Positions 61,633-64,000 of a DNA stretch of 64,000 bases are shown here, one piece after another (the stretch's first letter is position 1; each line of letters begins with the position of its first letter). Position numbers and translations under genes: made by a program. Under the pieces are notes generated by a model, which searched no databases, had not been told where the DNA came from, and saw nothing but the letters and a program-made list of their open reading frames with translations. The DNA comes from a bacterium (GTDB lineage Bacteria; Patescibacteriota; Microgenomatia; UBA1406; GWC2-37-13): positions 7,767 to 71,766 of the forward strand of contig JAJYIQ010000003.1 of the NCBI GenBank assembly GCA_021789995.1, in the 5' to 3' direction.

Positions 61633-63993
61633 ATGAAACTTGATGGCATCTCCGAGAAAGTTTTCCTCGACCGCTACTCATTAAAGGATAAAAACGGCAA
61701 TCCGTTGGAAAAAAATCCGTTAGAAATGTGGCGTCGGATTGCGAAAGCAGTCGCCAGCGTCGAAAAAAAGAATAAACAAAAAGCCTGGGAAAAAGAATTT
61801 TTGGCCGCTCTGAAAGATTTCAAATATGTACCCGGCGGCCGGATTCTTGCCGGTGCCGGTACCGGTTATTCGGTCACTTTCTACAATTGTTTTGTCATTC
61901 CCTCTCCCAAAGATTCCCGTGACGGCATTCTGGATACACTAAAGAATATGGTGGAAATCATGGCTCGGGGCGGGGGAGTGGGAATCAATTTATCTTCACT
62001 GCGGCCCCGGGGCTCCCGGGTAAAAAAAGTCAACGGTTTTTCTTCCGGACCGATTAACTGGGCTGAACTTTTTTCCGTTGCCACCAAAGACATCATTCAG
62101 CAGGGAGGAACCAGGCGAGGTGCTCTTATGCTCATGCTGTGGGACTGGCATCCGGACATTGAAGAGTTTATTACGGTTAAGCAGGATTTGTCACGGATTA
62201 ATGGTGCCAATTTATCGCTCGCTATTTCCGATTCTTTTATGGAAGCGGTGGAAAAAGACGCTGACTGGCCGCTTATTTTTCCCGATACGACCGACTCCGA
62301 ATACGACGCCAAGTGGAACGGCGATATTGAGATTTGGAAAAGCCTGGGAAAAAAAGTAGTGGTCCGCAAAGTGGTCAAGGCCCGCAAAATCTGGAACCTG
62401 ATTGCGGAAGCGGCCTGGAAAAGTGCCGAACCGGGAGTGGTTTTCATGGAACGGTACAATAAATGGCACAATAATTATTATTGGAACCGGATTAATTGTG
62501 TCAATCCCTGCGGCGAAGAGGGTTTGCCGCCATGGGGCGTTTGCAATCTAGGATCAATCAATCTTTCCGCTTTCGTCAAGGGAAAAAACATCGATAAAAA
62601 AGGCACTTTTGATTTCCCCTTGCTGAAAAAAGTCGTCCGGACCGGCGTCCGTTTTCAGGATAATGTCGTCGAAATGGATCCGTATGTTTTTGCCGGCATC
62701 CGCAAAACCCAGCTTGAAGGCGAACGCCGGATCGGTTTGGGAACAATGGGGCTGGGCGACACATTGATTAAACTTCACTTGCGCTACGGGTCAGCCGAAT
62801 CGTTGAAATTTATCGATAAGGTTTATAAATCGATTCGTGATGAGGCATATCGTGCCGGGGTAGAAACCGCCCGGGAAAAAGGCGCATTCCCCAAGTTCGA
62901 TGTCAAATACTACCCGAAAGGCAAATTTATCCAAAAGCTCCCCATAGATATCCAGGAAAATATTAAGAAATACGGCGTCCGTAATTCACTCATGCTCATG
63001 CAGGCACCAACCGGCTCGACGTCGCTTATGACGGGGACGACATCCGGTATCGAACCGGTCTATGAATTTGAGTTTATCCGCCGCGACCGTTTGGGTGAAC
63101 ATGTCATTCGCCACCCCCTTTACGATCAATGGTTTTTAAGGCATGAAAAAGAGGTTAAAAATAACAATCTAAAAAAACCGGAGTGGTTTGTGTCGGCCAA
63201 CGACTTATCACCGGAAGATCACATCCAAGTCCAGGCCACCATTCAGAAATATGTCGACGCCTCCATTTCCAAAACCGTCAATGCGCCAAAAAGCCATACA
63301 GTGGAAGATGTCAAAAAACTTTATACCTTAGCCTACAAACTGGGCTTGAAAGGAATTGCCTACATGAGAGACGGTTCCCGTCCGGGTGTATTAAACCGAA
63401 AAGAAGAAAATAAGGAAGAAGCGCCAAAACTGCCCGATTACAAAATCAAGCCGCGGCCGATGGTCGTCCACGGCGCCACTTACCGGATGAATACCCCGGT
63501 CGGCACGGCGTTTATTACCCTGAATACTAATGGCGGCGATCCGCCGGAACCACTGGAGTTATTTATCACTGTTGGCCGGGCCGGCAGCGATGTTTTTGCC
63601 ATGGCCGAAGGATTGGGAAGAATGGTATCGTTGGCGCTGCGCTTCTCTTCCCATCTGCCGGTGGCCGAACGGGTCCAGGAAATTATTTCCCAACTGCAGG
63701 GAATCGGCGGAGCGCGGACATCCGGTTTCGGCAAGGATAAAATCAGAAGCTTGCCTGATGCAATCGCTAAAGTGCTGACGATGCATTACAGCAATGCCAA
63801 CGGGATAAAAAAAACCAACGGCAACGGCGAGCTAAAAAAAGAATTACTTTCTGAAACCAGTCAGCCAACGCTTATGGCTGCCGCGGTCGAGCGATCAACC
63901 TCCTTTGACATTTGTCCAAGCTGCGGCGAAGCTTCACTGGTCCATGAAGAAGGATGTAAGAAATGTTACGGATGCGGATATTCTGAATGTTGA
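61633..63993 (+). CDS. nrdJ: class II (adenosylcobalamin-dependent) ribonucleotide reductase
   Basis: NPCGEEGLPPWGVCNLGSINL (active-site Cys loop), SISKTVN and GLKGIAYMRDGSR, plus a C-terminal CxxC...CxxC zinc-finger tail. Confidence 0.9.
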   Translation: MKLDGISEKVFLDRYSLKDKNGNPLEKNPLEMWRRIAKAVASVEKKNKQKAWEKEFLAALKDFKYVPGGRILAGAGTGYSVTFYNCFVIPSPKDSRDGILDTLKNMVEIMARGGGVGINLSSLRPRGSRVKKVNGFSSGPINWAELFSVATKDIIQQGGTRRGALMLMLWDWHPDIEEFITVKQDLSRINGANLSLAISDSFMEAVEKDADWPLIFPDTTDSEYDAKWNGDIEIWKSLGKKVVVRKVVKARKIWNLIAEAAWKSAEPGVVFMERYNKWHNNYYWNRINCVNPCGEEGLPPWGVCNLGSINLSAFVKGKNIDKKGTFDFPLLKKVVRTGVRFQDNVVEMDPYVFAGIRKTQLEGERRIGLGTMGLGDTLIKLHLRYGSAESLKFIDKVYKSIRDEAYRAGVETAREKGAFPKFDVKYYPKGKFIQKLPIDIQENIKKYGVRNSLMLMQAPTGSTSLMTGTTSGIEPVYEFEFIRRDRLGEHVIRHPLYDQWFLRHEKEVKNNNLKKPEWFVSANDLSPEDHIQVQATIQKYVDASISKTVNAPKSHTVEDVKKLYTLAYKLGLKGIAYMRDGSRPGVLNRKEENKEEAPKLPDYKIKPRPMVVHGATYRMNTPVGTAFITLNTNGGDPPEPLELFITVGRAGSDVFAMAEGLGRMVSLALRFSSHLPVAERVQEIISQLQGIGGARTSGFGKDKIRSLPDAIAKVLTMHYSNANGIKKTNGNGELKKELLSETSQPTLMAAAVERSTSFDICPSCGEASLVHEEGCKKCYGCGYSEC

Positions 63994-64000
63994 CATGCCT

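Noticed and set aside
63531-63546. GGCGGCGATCCGCC hairpin in nrdJ as another member of the GC-palindrome family
   Set aside because: The arms are only 5 bp and differ from TCCGCC/GGCGGA. The encoded NGGDPPEP lies in a region that is normally Gly/Pro-rich in class II RNRs. This is compatible with chance.

Overview
The window is a gene-dense stretch of roughly 40-45% GC. By inference only, it looks like a reduced-genome Patescibacteria/CPR-type bacterium, based on small genes, DUF5667/DUF2079/TrbC-like pilin proteins, few biosynthetic genes and many membrane-anchored secreted proteins. The supportable content falls into these groups.

- **Information processing and repair:** greA, smpB plus ssrA (tmRNA), hup, rny, recA-recX, nrdR-nrdJ, comM, comF, a DnaQ-GIY-YIG fusion, an EndoQ-like PHP protein, a NYN protein and a thermonuclease.
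- **Envelope and isoprenoid genes:** polyprenyl synthase, PAP2, an IDI-like Nudix protein, a GT51 transglycosylase, a GT2, a UbiA-type prenyltransferase, an O-antigen-ligase-like protein and DUF2079.
- **Transport and signalling:** a P-type ATPase, an MsbA-like ABC exporter, mscL, an AI-2E transporter, and a two-component system followed by MacA/MacB-type efflux genes.
- **A small flavin redox module:** an FMN-binding protein, ApbE and an RnfD-like/FNR fusion.
- **A cell-surface cluster:** three VirB2/TrbC-like pilin paralogues, a large surface protein, an LPXTG cohesin-like protein and a 791-aa polytopic protein.
- **RNA genes:** tRNA-Pro(TGG), tRNA-Met/Ile2(CAT), tmRNA, and a tRNA-Asn(GUU) interrupted by a 517-nt group I intron that encodes an HNH endonuclease.

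The most unusual signal is a repeated architecture at two tRNA genes. In each case a small GIY-YIG ORF has no stop codon of its own and is fused onto the 5' end of the tRNA. Each ORF is preceded by a tRNA mimic or half-copy in which arms or loops are replaced by a conserved GC palindrome (TCCGCC-N3-4-GGCGGA). The same palindrome also sits in frame inside an unrelated oxidoreductase gene. Other oddities are listed under findings:

- a 161-bp block that is 100% identical in two otherwise divergent pilin genes;
- 5 x 7-bp AT-rich heptamer arrays inside three ORFs;
- several decayed genes (a DHp-only kinase remnant, a GT-C fragment, a YdeI remnant and a remnant flanking ssrA).

No CRISPR array, rRNA gene or obvious prophage was seen. 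All protein calls come from reading motifs in the supplied translations. No database search was run.
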